IMG/VR virus record: IMGVR_UViG_3300011989_000257
Coordinates: 224,001-288,000 of that record
DNA: 64,000 bases
Strand: one strand, 5' to 3'
Source of the DNA: a virus
Lineage: Duplodnaviria > Caudoviricetes
Positions 9,723-20,090 of this stretch are shown here, piece after piece. Position numbers and translations under genes: made by a program. The notes under the pieces were generated by a model, which made no database searches, was not told the DNA's origin, and worked only from the letters and a program-made list of their open reading frames with translations. Within the stretch, counting starts at the first letter, position 1, and the number at the start of each line of letters is the position of its first letter.

Positions 9723-10484
9723 TTATTCAAAAGGAACTGCTTGTGTCAACAAGTATATCGTTCCCTTTATTTTTTCACGATATTTTTTTTGAGATTCTTT
9801 AATATGTTTTTTATTGTCTTGATAATATTTTTTTAATTTTTCTTTTCTAGAAATTTCGTATTGTTTTATTTTTTCTTTATGACTTTCACGATATTTTTTT
9901 TGTTGTAATTTTATTTCTTCTCTGTGAGTTTCACGATAGGCTTTCTTTTTTAAATTTATTTCTTCTTTATGACTTTCACGATATTTTTTTTGTTGTAATT
10001 TTATTTCTTCTTTTGTTTTAACGATATGAGGTTTTTTGTGCAACTTGTAATAAGAATGTTGTTTTTCTTTTATTTTTTCAGCATTATTTTTTCTATATAA
10101 TTTACTATAGGCTAATATTTTTTCTTTGTTTTTTTGATAATATTCTTTTCTTTGCTTTAATTTTTCTTCTTCAGTTAATATATTTTTTTGCCTACCCTTT
10201 TGTCCTCCACATGTAATATTTAATACATTATAAGCACTATTGGTTTTATAATAGTCAATCCAATATTTTTCACGTTCAACACCTTCTTCAATGGTTAAAT
10301 CATTTTCAATTATTATCATCTTAGGGTGTTCAACACCATGTTCACTACTGAACTTGTATGTTTTTTCACTTTCTCTATGTTTATGCGTATAATGTCTGCT
10401 TTTTGGATTTATGGTTCTACCAACATAAACTGTATTTAATTCTTCCCATAAATAAATGTAAATGTTATCTCTTCTTATTTCCAT
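9723..10484 (-). CDS. GIY-YIG endonuclease with repeated basic C-terminal tail; last codons replaced by IS end
   Basis: YIY...VYVGRT..P..R, EREKYWI; KKYRESHKE repeats; ORF runs into the IS1595 TIR. Confidence 0.8.
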   Translation of the reverse strand: MEIRRDNIYIYLWEELNTVYVGRTINPKSRHYTHKHRESEKTYKFSSEHGVEHPKMIIIENDLTIEEGVEREKYWIDYYKTNSAYNVLNITCGGQKGRQKNILTEEEKLKQRKEYYQKNKEKILAYSKLYRKNNAEKIKEKQHSYYKLHKKPHIVKTKEEIKLQQKKYRESHKEEINLKKKAYRETHREEIKLQQKKYRESHKEKIKQYEISRKEKLKKYYQDNKKHIKESQKKYREKIKGTIYLLTQAVPFE

Positions 10485-10576
10485 AATATTGTTTTATTAA
10501 TAAATATCATGGAAGTTCAAAAAGTCGCCAGAAAAAAAAAAACGTGAGATAAACAAATATCTCACGTTAATTTTAT

Positions 10577-11770
10577 TTAATTGATTTTCACACCAAGTTC
10601 CTCAAAATGTAGTTCTTTGGCTGCGATACCAAATAACTCTTTATTACCCATGTGTTTCCCAAGGTCATCAGAAATCTTAATGACATACTCCCAGAAGTCA
10701 CGAGGGCTATAACGACATTTGGACAACTTCATTACAATATTTGCCGCTTTATAACCTTCAATACCTAAATCGCATGTAAGATTAGTTCCGATTCCAGCTG
10801 CAACTTTAATTCGTCCTTTAAAGTAACGTGCAATTTCAGCATACTTTTCAAAATTGAGAGCATTACTGAATACAATTGTCTTACTAGTTGGGTCAATACG
10901 CATTTCACGTAACTTATCAATAATCATATTACCAATCTTAAATTCATCGCCACTATCTTGACGGAATCCATCAAGCAACTTAGCTTGCTGAAGCGTGAGG
11001 GTGTGAAGATAAGAAGCAGTTGTGTATGTATCGATAAGACTGATGCCAAGGTCACCACTGTACACCTTAATCCAGTCATTAAGGGCTGTAAGATTAGCAG
11101 TCTTGAAACCACCAATACCAGCATGGAACATAATCCACTCGTGAGCACAAGTACCGCTAGGCATCATGTTATATTTCATTGCAAAATATACATTAGATGT
11201 ACCAACACAGTAGATAGGGCAACGTTCTTTCAAACGTTTCACGATAGCTTCATGAGACATTGCAGAGGCTCTACGTCTCGTGCCGAATTCAGAAAAATAT
11301 AACTGATGCTCATTCGCAAAGTCAATTTTCTTATCTAGGATATCAATTACCTTATTAGCGTCAATAGTAATGCCAAGCCACTTGTTGCGAATTTCAGCAA
11401 CTGTTGCTAGGATAGGTACTTCGTATAAGGTTACTTTATACATCTTGTCAGTTACCTCAATATGAAGATGTCCATTGTCATCAAGCCAAAACTTGATTTT
11501 GTCCAACTCAAACTGGAAGTTTTTAAGCCACTCAGTATAATTGGTAGCCAAGAAACGAATCTGAGACACGTACATGTACTCTTCCAATGTCATCTTGAGC
11601 TGACATAGCCTTGCAAACGCAAGCTGCAACTCTTCCAAGAACTTCTTGTCATAGACCTCATTGTTGCGGTCATTAAATGTAAATGTACCTTCAGCATCTG
11701 GATAAAGCTGATAATATGCATTAGACATCGTAAATTTATAGAGGTCTGAATCGAGTATACTATATATCAT
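10577..11770 (-). CDS. pncB: Nicotinate phosphoribosyltransferase
   Basis: LDSDLYKFTM, EFGTRRR, GTSN, GTCAHEW, RQDSGD, GIGTNLT, KISDDLGK. Confidence 0.95.
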   Translation of the reverse strand: MIYSILDSDLYKFTMSNAYYQLYPDAEGTFTFNDRNNEVYDKKFLEELQLAFARLCQLKMTLEEYMYVSQIRFLATNYTEWLKNFQFELDKIKFWLDDNGHLHIEVTDKMYKVTLYEVPILATVAEIRNKWLGITIDANKVIDILDKKIDFANEHQLYFSEFGTRRRASAMSHEAIVKRLKERCPIYCVGTSNVYFAMKYNMMPSGTCAHEWIMFHAGIGGFKTANLTALNDWIKVYSGDLGISLIDTYTTASYLHTLTLQQAKLLDGFRQDSGDEFKIGNMIIDKLREMRIDPTSKTIVFSNALNFEKYAEIARYFKGRIKVAAGIGTNLTCDLGIEGYKAANIVMKLSKCRYSPRDFWEYVIKISDDLGKHMGNKELFGIAAKELHFEELGVKIN

Positions 11771-12915
11771 ATTTTTTTATAGATTTTTTCTTTTAAAATG
11801 TTCAAATTTGTAATCATATTTTCTCTTTTAAAATTGGAATAATATAGTAAATGTATTTTTTTCTCTTTACATTTTTCCAATTTAATTCTATCATTCTCAA
11901 CTTGTCTAACAAACCTATCAATGCCACCAAAATGCTTTATTGGCTCAAAATGTTGTAAACCTTGGCATTCTATTGCCACATTAAATTTAGGAAGATAGAA
12001 ATCCAATTCTAAATTTCCTAACCACTCAGCATGATATCTATATTCATATTTTATTTTTTCGTTATTTAAAAATGTTATAATTTCTCTTTCCAGTGTACTC
12101 TCGTTACAAATAGGGCATCCTTGACCTTGTAAATGGGCAGAAGGCTTTTGCCAGAATTCTCCATGTTCTGGACAGATTATACAAACTTTAGTATGTGCAT
12201 TGACATACTCGACTTTAGAGTAATCATACTTATGATTGTGTAACTCATCCGCTGTTTTTATCCAATCATCTTGATAAGTTTTTTTGTGCTCAAACCTTAT
12301 TAAATCTCCGCATTTTTTACAACCTTGACCATTTAAGAAATTATCTGGCCTAATCCAAAACTCACCATGTTTAGGACATACTATACAAATTTTTGTTTTA
12401 TTGTTAACATACTCAACCTTAGAATAATCATATTTGTCACCATGAATTTGTTTAGCTTTTTCGATAAAACTTTCTAAGGTGTGTTTTTTCACTAACTTTT
12501 TGTTTTCTACTGTATAATTACTAGCTAATTCTTTCCTAGTTCTGCATTTAGGACAACCTCTCTCCCTAATGTGATTACTAGGAGTTATCCAAAATTCTCC
12601 ATGAATTGGGCATATGATGCATACCTTGGTATTGGCGTTAACATACTCAACCTTAGAATAATCATATTTGTCACCATGAATTTGTTTAGCTTTTTCGATA
12701 AAGGCTTCTGCGGTTATTTTTTTATTTCTACCGCATTCTGGACACCCGCAACCATTCAAATGACTGTTTGGTATTTGCCAGAATTCTCCATGTTTAGGAC
12801 AAATAATGCAAACTTTAGTATGTGCATTGACATACTCGACTTTAGAGTAATCATACTTTTCACCATGTCTTTCTTTTGCCTTTGTTATGAATCTTTCTTT
12901 TCTGTCTATTTTCAT
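11767..12915 (-). CDS. Putative homing endonuclease with DUF723-like Zn-ribbon repeats and C-terminal PD-(D/E)xK/Vsr-like domain
   Basis: Four repeats HGxKYDYSKVEY...KVCIICPxHGEFW...GCPxC; LDFYLP..AIECQGLQH. Confidence 0.85.
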   Translation of the reverse strand: MKIDRKERFITKAKERHGEKYDYSKVEYVNAHTKVCIICPKHGEFWQIPNSHLNGCGCPECGRNKKITAEAFIEKAKQIHGDKYDYSKVEYVNANTKVCIICPIHGEFWITPSNHIRERGCPKCRTRKELASNYTVENKKLVKKHTLESFIEKAKQIHGDKYDYSKVEYVNNKTKICIVCPKHGEFWIRPDNFLNGQGCKKCGDLIRFEHKKTYQDDWIKTADELHNHKYDYSKVEYVNAHTKVCIICPEHGEFWQKPSAHLQGQGCPICNESTLEREIITFLNNEKIKYEYRYHAEWLGNLELDFYLPKFNVAIECQGLQHFEPIKHFGGIDRFVRQVENDRIKLEKCKEKKIHLLYYSNFKRENMITNLNILKEKIYKKI

Positions 12916-13001
12916 ATTGATTATGATTTATATATAAATATTAGATAAATATATAAAAATCTAAATCTTTATAAAAATAAATTGATGTATTTAACGCTAA
13001 A

Positions 13002-13553
13002 TTACAAATCTTTATCTCTTTGAGACTGGTGTCTAATTAAATTTGCAACATCGTAGTAAGTAATTGAAAGCAGTGATAGGTCATTTACTTTTTTTATTTG
13101 GATTGTAACGTGTCCTATGTTTTTGTTATTTTTGAACACTGGAATAAATTTTTCGTATTTTCCATCAAGTTTTTCTGCTTCTTTATTATATTTATTTTCT
13201 AATCTAATAACTAAAGTTTCAAACTTTGGATATAATATATTTTCTTCATCTATATTTGTAACATCTTTCATTTTGAACACGTCTACACAGTAGACTATGT
13301 TTAAATCTTCATCAATTATAGGCATTACTAATGCAGTATCATTGTCGTATAAGCCTTTATACATTTCCGTGTTTCTGAATTTCTTGAAACCTTTTAATTT
13401 TAATTTTTGAACAAAATTCTCGTAAGTTCCATTAATAGGAATACCCATGAATTTAAAGTGTTCTGATGTGTTTTGGGCTAATGCTATTGAAGGTATTAAA
13501 CACATTACAATTGTTAATACTAAATGCGTAACAATTTGTTTAACTTTTCCCAT
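13002..13553 (-). CDS. Secreted hypothetical protein
   Basis: Signal peptide, HFKFMGIPINGT motif. Confidence 0.65.
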   Translation of the reverse strand: MGKVKQIVTHLVLTIVMCLIPSIALAQNTSEHFKFMGIPINGTYENFVQKLKLKGFKKFRNTEMYKGLYDNDTALVMPIIDEDLNIVYCVDVFKMKDVTNIDEENILYPKFETLVIRLENKYNKEAEKLDGKYEKFIPVFKNNKNIGHVTIQIKKVNDLSLLSITYYDVANLIRHQSQRDKDL

Positions 13554-13561
13554 TTTTTTTA

Positions 13562-13975
13562 TTATTTTAAAATTTTATACAATTTTTCTGTCCATTTATG
13601 CGATTTCGAATCACCGAGCGTCCGAAGTTGATGCAATACTATGGTGTGCAAATGGCATCTATTCCTTTTATGGAAATTTGAAAGTGTGATTGCTTGCTCA
13701 TTAACTACTGCGTTTTTACCATCACATGTTCTAATATGATATAGTATGTTTCCATCACTAGGGTGTACTGCCATATTTATTATCTTCCAAATGAACTTAC
13801 TTTCACTAGAAGGTATGTAATAGTTATTGCTATCACCCCAAAAATATTTAAATGCATCTGTGTATGTAGAATACTGGTGTCCTGAGTCCACAACTTTTAC
13901 ATAATCCCCAATTTCGAACTTTGACCTTATTGGCTGTAAATAACCACAACCGCCTCTATATACTATGTAACTCAT
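13562..13975 (-). CDS. Hypothetical protein, paralog family C (IGD.V.V...WKII)
   Basis: Similar to 14233 and 46032. Confidence 0.65.
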   Translation of the reverse strand: MSYIVYRGGCGYLQPIRSKFEIGDYVKVVDSGHQYSTYTDAFKYFWGDSNNYYIPSSESKFIWKIINMAVHPSDGNILYHIRTCDGKNAVVNEQAITLSNFHKRNRCHLHTIVLHQLRTLGDSKSHKWTEKLYKILK

Positions 13976-14223
13976 GGATAATAATCGTTTCTATTTTCAG
14001 TTAAATCTACAGTAATTGTATCATTGCATACTTCTTCTGTTTGTTGATACTCATTATATCCATTTGTATCATATGTGCCATAATAATTAGTTTTGCGCCT
14101 ATTATATGTTGCATAGTCGTTATTTTTTGATATTTGCGCAAAATAATAGATATTGTTTACACATCCTGCTGCTAGGAATAAGCACATAAACATTCTTAAA
14201 ATGATTCTTGTAAATTCTCTCAT
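13972..14223 (-). CDS. Small putative lipoprotein
   Basis: LAAGC lipobox. Confidence 0.5.
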   Translation of the reverse strand: MREFTRIILRMFMCLFLAAGCVNNIYYFAQISKNNDYATYNRRKTNYYGTYDTNGYNEYQQTEEVCNDTITVDLTENRNDYYP

Positions 14224-14232
14224 TTCTTTTCA

Positions 14233-14616
14233 TCAATATTTTGAAGATAGTAAAATATCATCTTCTTCCTTATTAATTTTTCTTAGCAATTCTATTGACT
14301 GATTTTTTTCTGTCCATGACATAACAGCATATTTCCCAACCCTATTCTTTATTAGAACACATAATTCCCAATAAAAATTAGCCCCAAAATCAACTATTTT
14401 CCATTGGTTAATTCCGTTTTTTAATTCTGAGGTTGGATAGTCATTTGGGTCTATCACATTTGGGTCATTTACATCAAATAATGATTTAATATGTCTATAT
14501 GCAAGACATGCTCTACAATTTTTGACCTTAACAATGTCTCCACGTGAAAATGGAATATTGAATGAGGATACCCCCGTTCCCAAGCCACTAGTAATTAAAA
14601 CATGAGTCATTCCCAC
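14233..14616 (-). CDS. Hypothetical protein, paralog family C
   Basis: FSRGDIVKV...QWKIVDFG...KNR. Confidence 0.65.
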   Translation of the reverse strand: MGMTHVLITSGLGTGVSSFNIPFSRGDIVKVKNCRACLAYRHIKSLFDVNDPNVIDPNDYPTSELKNGINQWKIVDFGANFYWELCVLIKNRVGKYAVMSWTEKNQSIELLRKINKEEDDILLSSKY

Positions 14617-15548
14617 TTATTTAGCGTTTCGATATTCTCATGATACCATTTGTCGAACTCATTAAATTCATCATCAGAGAACTGTTTACGTACAGCATCG
14701 TATTTTATGTAATCACAATATTTAACCTTAACGATGATACGATTTCCACCGCTATCACAAAGAGGAATAGTAGGACGTGCAACAATACCTTCCTCAATCA
14801 TTGTTGGGTCAGCAGCATTTTCGAACTTGGTGGTGAAACCAGCACGAACCATATTCTCAATGTCACGTAATGTCATAACACCCAAGAAAGGCACTTGCTC
14901 AAGACCAAGAGTTTTACACATTGCATCACGATTCTCTTTTGGCAACCACCAACCTTGCTGACGTATATCAAACACACGGAAATCATTACCATTTTGAATA
15001 TAGCGAGAACCACATTTCTGAATACCAGTGCCGAAATACTCACCGTAGATATAGATTGGAACTTCCTCAAGTTCTGAGATATAGTCTCCACCAACTTCCA
15101 TAGTCTCAACCTTATTACCACGACAAGGGAGACTACCCTCTGGTATATTCATAACCTCTGGATAGTAGTATACAACTTTGTTATCTTCCTTCACAGGGGC
15201 AAATCTTGCACTCTCTTTGGGGAACATAGCGCAAAGCTGTGGTTTGATACGCTCACCAATCTCTTGAAGCATTTCAAACTGACCATGCTGAGAGCAAGAC
15301 TTATCTGACTTACTGCCAACTTTAATCTCTCTAGTAGATGGGAAGAAAGCAATCTTGGAGTTAGTACCGTCAATTTTGCTGTATGCTTCCCAAGGACAAT
15401 TGAAAAGGTACTCTGCCTCCTTGTTTGAAAATTCGCCAAGAATAATCTTATTCCTAAATTTCAGCCATTCTTTGTTTGGACAATCTTTAGCATCGAAAAC
15501 GTACCTTTTGTACATTGTATTAATTTTTTGATATGTCTGTAACCCCAT
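14607..15548 (-). CDS. RNA ligase, Rnl2-like
   Basis: KIDGTN (motif I), YGEYFG, FRVFDI, EEGIVARP, KVK. Confidence 0.85.
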   Translation of the reverse strand: MGLQTYQKINTMYKRYVFDAKDCPNKEWLKFRNKIILGEFSNKEAEYLFNCPWEAYSKIDGTNSKIAFFPSTREIKVGSKSDKSCSQHGQFEMLQEIGERIKPQLCAMFPKESARFAPVKEDNKVVYYYPEVMNIPEGSLPCRGNKVETMEVGGDYISELEEVPIYIYGEYFGTGIQKCGSRYIQNGNDFRVFDIRQQGWWLPKENRDAMCKTLGLEQVPFLGVMTLRDIENMVRAGFTTKFENAADPTMIEEGIVARPTIPLCDSGGNRIIVKVKYCDYIKYDAVRKQFSDDEFNEFDKWYHENIETLNKWE

Positions 15549-15996
15549 ATATGTTTTGTTTTAATTGTTTAACTACTATTTTGTCTTCAAAGGATAGTTT
15601 TGCTATATCAATCCACCCATTATTATCCCAATAAATAATGAGTTCTCTAAGCCTATTATCTGAGCAAATAGATATGTTGTTCCTTACACAATATAATGCC
15701 CATTTAAGACCAAGCGTACACCAATGCTTCGTAAACGAGGTTTGAACGCCGCCATAAGCCCATTGAAATGACCTAAAGATTAGATGCATTGCTCCAAATT
15801 CATCATAATAGTTTTTACCAGTACCATTTTTGGTATCTTCCATCATTATTTGAATATAGTTGGGAATACGTGAGTTAATCACATGATATGGAGTATTCGC
15901 TTGTTTTCTAAAACATCGCATGAAATTCTCATATTCACCATTCTTTTTCAGAAAAAACCTAAAATGCCTAAACACGTTTATTGTTATTTCTTCCAT
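15520..15996 (-). CDS. Hypothetical protein (family A-like N-terminus)
   Basis: FRFFLKKNGEYENF. Confidence 0.65.
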   Translation of the reverse strand: MEEITINVFRHFRFFLKKNGEYENFMRCFRKQANTPYHVINSRIPNYIQIMMEDTKNGTGKNYYDEFGAMHLIFRSFQWAYGGVQTSFTKHWCTLGLKWALYCVRNNISICSDNRLRELIIYWDNNGWIDIAKLSFEDKIVVKQLKQNIYGVTDISKN

Positions 15997-16032
15997 GCAA
16001 AGATACGAAAAAATCGTGAGATAACCAAAAAA

Positions 16033-16266
16033 TTAACTGTTTTTAACTCCAAATAAATCTTTCAGCGGTTTAGTTACACTACTCCAATTGAACAATCTAT
16101 TTAAAAATCCTTCTCTATCGAGGTCTACTATCAAAGCCCTTGCCTTTTCAAGAAGTTCTTTATTGATAGCAGCCTCTGTTGAGACAGAATTCAAGGCAGA
16201 TTCCAAGTTTTTAATCTTGTCCCTCATGCCTTGATATTCTTTCATGTCAAGGTCAATCCTACTCAT
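16033..16266 (-). CDS. Small coiled-coil protein
   Basis: ORF overlapping the pncA stop. Confidence 0.6.
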   Translation of the reverse strand: MSRIDLDMKEYQGMRDKIKNLESALNSVSTEAAINKELLEKARALIVDLDREGFLNRLFNWSSVTKPLKDLFGVKNS

Positions 16267-16856
16267 ACCAACTCTACTCTTTCTGAACTGTTAATAAAAT
16301 CAATAAAGTTCTTTGCGGTATCTTCAGCAATAGCAGGACAAAATTCTTTAAATACTTTGAATTTCACATTTGGTAGATAACGCAAACCATCTTTAACTGT
16401 ATCTGCGACACAATAATCAAATGCAATACCTCCTATGTGTATTTCATCAATGTTATATGTATTCACCAATGCAAGTATTTTTTTGCGAGAATCTTCATTT
16501 TTGAATACTGAATACTCCTCATGGTCTTCATCACAGCCTTTTGTAAATACCATAAAGTTGGGACAAGTTTTGAGAACGTTATACAATGGTTGATAAATTG
16601 CAGCATCATGTGTAAATTGTTCACAGTGATTTGGCCATTTCCCTCCATTTTCTTTGAAAGAACAATGAGTTAATGGATGCCAATCAACAGTTGCTCCAAC
16701 AACAGCATAAATATTCTTTTTCTCATTCAAGTATTTGGCTTGTAAATCCCCAGATTTAGTGCCACCATCTACTGCGAGGTTTCCTCCTTCCACAAACCCA
16801 TTCTGGGTATCAATCGATATATACATTAAATTCCCCATATTATTTTTTTTAGTCAA
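16263..16856 (-). CDS. pncA: Nicotinamidase/pyrazinamidase (isochorismatase family)
   Basis: IDTQNGF..GGNLAV, DWHP..HCSF, WPNHC, KG, YSVF, GIAFDYCV. Confidence 0.92.
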   Translation of the reverse strand: MTKKNNMGNLMYISIDTQNGFVEGGNLAVDGGTKSGDLQAKYLNEKKNIYAVVGATVDWHPLTHCSFKENGGKWPNHCEQFTHDAAIYQPLYNVLKTCPNFMVFTKGCDEDHEEYSVFKNEDSRKKILALVNTYNIDEIHIGGIAFDYCVADTVKDGLRYLPNVKFKVFKEFCPAIAEDTAKNFIDFINSSERVELV

Positions 16857-17157
16857 TGTTATATTTTTTATAATCTAAAGCTTTATTTAAATTGAAATAT
16901 AGTCCTTTTGCAATACATATATTTGCCCATTCTACACTCCTATCATGCCATTTTTGCCAATTAGAAGGCCAATGGCAAAATGCACTTGAACTTTGAATTA
17001 ATTCAACAGGTTCATATCTGTTGATTACATCAATGAATTTTGTGTGAGAATACTTGAATGGGAGAGACAACTGTTTATATTCTTCCCAAAAACCTTTACT
17101 TCTTGCAAATTTTTTGAACTCATATAAAGTTTTCTTATCAATTCTATCTTTATCCAT
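16849..17157 (-). CDS. Hypothetical protein (family A-like)
   Basis: EFKKFARSKGFWEEY. Confidence 0.6.
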   Translation of the reverse strand: MDKDRIDKKTLYEFKKFARSKGFWEEYKQLSLPFKYSHTKFIDVINRYEPVELIQSSSAFCHWPSNWQKWHDRSVEWANICIAKGLYFNLNKALDYKKYNID

Positions 17158-17377
17158 TTTTCTTTTTTTGAGATTTAGTATTGCTTTTTTTCTTTGGAAC
17201 TTTCACCTCATTCGCTTTTTCTTTGGAGAAATCTTCCAATTCTTTATTAAAAAGCAACTCTGTTATGTCAAGATTGACACAACTGTTTCCGTACTTGGTT
17301 GCAAAAGCAATGGTACAAGGCTGTCCACTTTCCTTATATGAATCCTTAACAGGACAATTCTTACATAATGTTCCCAT
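17150..17377 (-). CDS. Small Cys-containing protein
   Basis: Start moved to MGTLCKNC, downstream of the promoter at 17391. Confidence 0.55.
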   Translation of the reverse strand: MGTLCKNCPVKDSYKESGQPCTIAFATKYGNSCVNLDITELLFNKELEDFSKEKANEVKVPKKKSNTKSQKKKNG

Positions 17378-17505
17378 ATTTAATACTTTTTGCAAAGATA
17401 CTAAAAATATTTTATAATAAAAAATAAATTAATATATATTATTATATTTTATATTATTTTAATATATTATTATATTATTTTAAAATATAAAAAGGCTTGG
17501 CAGTG

Positions 17506-18903
17506 TTAGACCGCCAAGACTTTGATATATTCATCAACCAATTTAAGACATTCCTCCTTTGTAATCTTTGGATTCTCGAAGTATGCTTCTTTCAAATGTT
17601 CCATTACTTTACCTACTGTTGGAGTTCCCCTCTTCAAGCCAAGATGCTTCATTACATCAGTGCCATCAATTGGTAATTTAACATTCTTGGATTCTTCGAG
17701 TTCACCCAACTCTTCAATCCTATTCAGAACATCTAATGCTTGCCTTTTCTTTTTGTCGTATGTTTGAAATTGGTTATTGTAATGCATCAAATCAATTACA
17801 GTACCAATATCATCGCCACAAGCATTTATGAATTTCCTAATTTTTTTATCAGGTGGAACAATACCATCAGCATAGTTTTTGAAAAATCTATGATATTTAA
17901 TTGCATTTTCCACAGCGTTGATTACTGAATTTGGGTATTTCATAGCTTTTAGGTCACTTGCTGCTATATCAGCACTAAAAGAATCTTGCGATATGCCTCT
18001 GTTTATTTCAGTAGCAACCCTACCGACATCATGGAATAACGCAGCTAGCCTATTCTCAATATTAGGTTGTACCTTATCAAGAACTAGCATTGTATGGTCA
18101 AATGATGTTACTGCTGGATTTCTTGATTCATAAGCATTAGTTAAATCATAGATATCTGGCATTATTTTGCTCAATATTCCGCAATATAACAATTTACGGA
18201 TACCAACTGAAGCATTAGGTCCAGTAATGATTTTTGAAACCTCATCTGTTATTCTTTCTTGAGAAATAATCTTAATGCGGCTAGCATTTTTAATCATACC
18301 AAGCCATGTATTTTTCTCAATACCCCAACCATAACGGCAACTGAAACGTATTACACGAAGTATCCTCAATGGGTCATCGCAGAACGTTATATCTGGGTCA
18401 GTTGGTGTCTTAATCACTTGTTTGACTAAATCATCAATACCTTGGTTGAAGTCGTATAATTTTTTGTTACTGACATTATAATACAAGGAATTAATGGTTA
18501 GGTCTCTACGCTTAGCATCCTCTTCAATACTACCGAATACTTGTTCTGGATTTCTGCTTTCCACATGGTATTGTTCCTTGCGAGTCTGTACAAGTTCAAG
18601 GTCAATATCCGATAATTCTTTATCATTACGCAAAGTGACCTTAGCAGTTCCATATTTCGGATATATCACTGGATTAGTGTCTATTTTGTGGCTACCATCT
18701 TTTATGGCTAAGAATGCCGCAAGACCAATTCCGCCACCTTCACGTTCTACAACAATGTCGATGTCCTTGATTGGCTCATCTAAGATTGCATCCCTAACGC
18801 AGCCACCAACAAGAAATACATGATTTTCAAATGCTGTGCCTTTGATGTATTCTTGCAATCTATCGATTAATTTTATATATTTTTCTTCTTTAAATAATTC
18901 CAT
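17506..18903 (-). CDS. cca: CCA-adding tRNA nucleotidyltransferase with HD domain
   Basis: LVGGCVRD, DIDI, RRDLTINSL, DDPLRILRVIRF, ERI, FHDVG; the tRNA genes in the window lack encoded CCA. Confidence 0.92.
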   Translation of the reverse strand: MELFKEEKYIKLIDRLQEYIKGTAFENHVFLVGGCVRDAILDEPIKDIDIVVEREGGGIGLAAFLAIKDGSHKIDTNPVIYPKYGTAKVTLRNDKELSDIDLELVQTRKEQYHVESRNPEQVFGSIEEDAKRRDLTINSLYYNVSNKKLYDFNQGIDDLVKQVIKTPTDPDITFCDDPLRILRVIRFSCRYGWGIEKNTWLGMIKNASRIKIISQERITDEVSKIITGPNASVGIRKLLYCGILSKIMPDIYDLTNAYESRNPAVTSFDHTMLVLDKVQPNIENRLAALFHDVGRVATEINRGISQDSFSADIAASDLKAMKYPNSVINAVENAIKYHRFFKNYADGIVPPDKKIRKFINACGDDIGTVIDLMHYNNQFQTYDKKKRQALDVLNRIEELGELEESKNVKLPIDGTDVMKHLGLKRGTPTVGKVMEHLKEAYFENPKITKEECLKLVDEYIKVLAV

Positions 18904-18905
18904 TT

Positions 18906-19109
18906 TTAATTCAATTTTAATATAATGTCTTTTTCACATTTGTATTTCTTGATTAAAAATACATAGAATTTAGTATAAACTGCATTCCAAAACGCATATT
19001 CTCTACCACTTAGTATTTTTTTATTGCGCCTCATTATTATATACCTTGAATATAGACGCTCTTGTTTCAAGAAATAAGCAAATTCCCTACTTATACACGG
19101 TTTAATCAT
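18906..19109 (-). CDS. Small hypothetical protein (family A-like)
   Basis: EFAYFLKQERLYSRY. Confidence 0.55.
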   Translation of the reverse strand: MIKPCISREFAYFLKQERLYSRYIIMRRNKKILSGREYAFWNAVYTKFYVFLIKKYKCEKDIILKLN

Positions 19110-20077
19110 TATTTCACTAGCTCTAATGGTTTCATATATTTACACAATTCATGGTCACTAGAAAAAACTAGGTCAGAATCGCTTATTTCTATCCCATTGA
19201 GTAGTTTATACACTTGTGGGTAATAAGTGGCAGGAACGCACTTTAAAGTGCGTCTATGGTCATTTAAAAAGTCTTCTTTCTCAAACACATTTAAGCATTT
19301 ATCAGAGAAAGGTCTTTTGAATGTCCTCATGTTGAGTTTGAATTTGCTAACACGGAACTTGAATCCTTCAAATTCCTCGTCTCTAACTGGAAACTTTTCA
19401 AATTCCTTTACAATGTCTTGTCCATCGTATTTTTTAGGCCATCCGTTGAACTTGAAGATAACCTCATCAGTCTTAATTGAGAATGGTTCAAGGAAAAGAT
19501 GGTCATCCATTATCTTACCGAACTTGTTTGAGATAAATTTCTCAATAGCAGCCAATCTCTTACCATTAAGTTTACCCAATACCTCTTGTCTTATTTGTTT
19601 TGCGGAAGCAAGGTATTTCACATCGGTGAAGCAAGCTACGAACTCTTCCCAAGTATCACAATCACGCACAATGCTTGGGTCAACATAGCGAAGCGCTTGG
19701 AAGTTTGCCTTAATCATATCATAAGATATGAATAAGCCACCGTCTTGCTGTTCTGTGTATAACTCATTTGAGCCTACAATAGGCTTAAAGTCCTCTAATG
19801 GGGACTTGTCAACTAACATTGTCTTATAGCCATCAGAATTGAGTATATGACTCAAAATTTGGTCTTTAACGCTATGTCTATGCTCAAGGAATTTCTGCAT
19901 ATTACCATCAAACTTATCTCTGATTGTCTCCATGAGTGAGAGATATTTGAGCTGTACATGGGATTCCCCCTCAAGCATCTTAATTCTTTCATCAAAGTAT
20001 GGGTCTTCAACTACCGTAATTGGCAGTTGGTTATCGTCTATAAATCTACCTCTAAATTGCTTAACTATTAATTCCAT
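19109..20077 (-). CDS. Hypothetical protein with polymerase-palm-like motifs
   Basis: FISYDMIKANFQ (motif A-like) and SIKTDEVIF (motif C-like). Confidence 0.4.
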   Translation of the reverse strand: MELIVKQFRGRFIDDNQLPITVVEDPYFDERIKMLEGESHVQLKYLSLMETIRDKFDGNMQKFLEHRHSVKDQILSHILNSDGYKTMLVDKSPLEDFKPIVGSNELYTEQQDGGLFISYDMIKANFQALRYVDPSIVRDCDTWEEFVACFTDVKYLASAKQIRQEVLGKLNGKRLAAIEKFISNKFGKIMDDHLFLEPFSIKTDEVIFKFNGWPKKYDGQDIVKEFEKFPVRDEEFEGFKFRVSKFKLNMRTFKRPFSDKCLNVFEKEDFLNDHRRTLKCVPATYYPQVYKLLNGIEISDSDLVFSSDHELCKYMKPLELVK

Positions 20078-20090
20078 TTTGTTGTTTTTT

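Larger units (their letters stand above)
7301..9765 (-). mobile_element. IS1595-family transposon with passenger gene
   Basis: Perfect 25-bp TIRs GGGAACGATATACTTGTTGACACAA (7301-7325 and 9741-9765); 8-bp TSD TTTATTTT (7293-7300 and 9766-9773). Confidence 0.92.
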
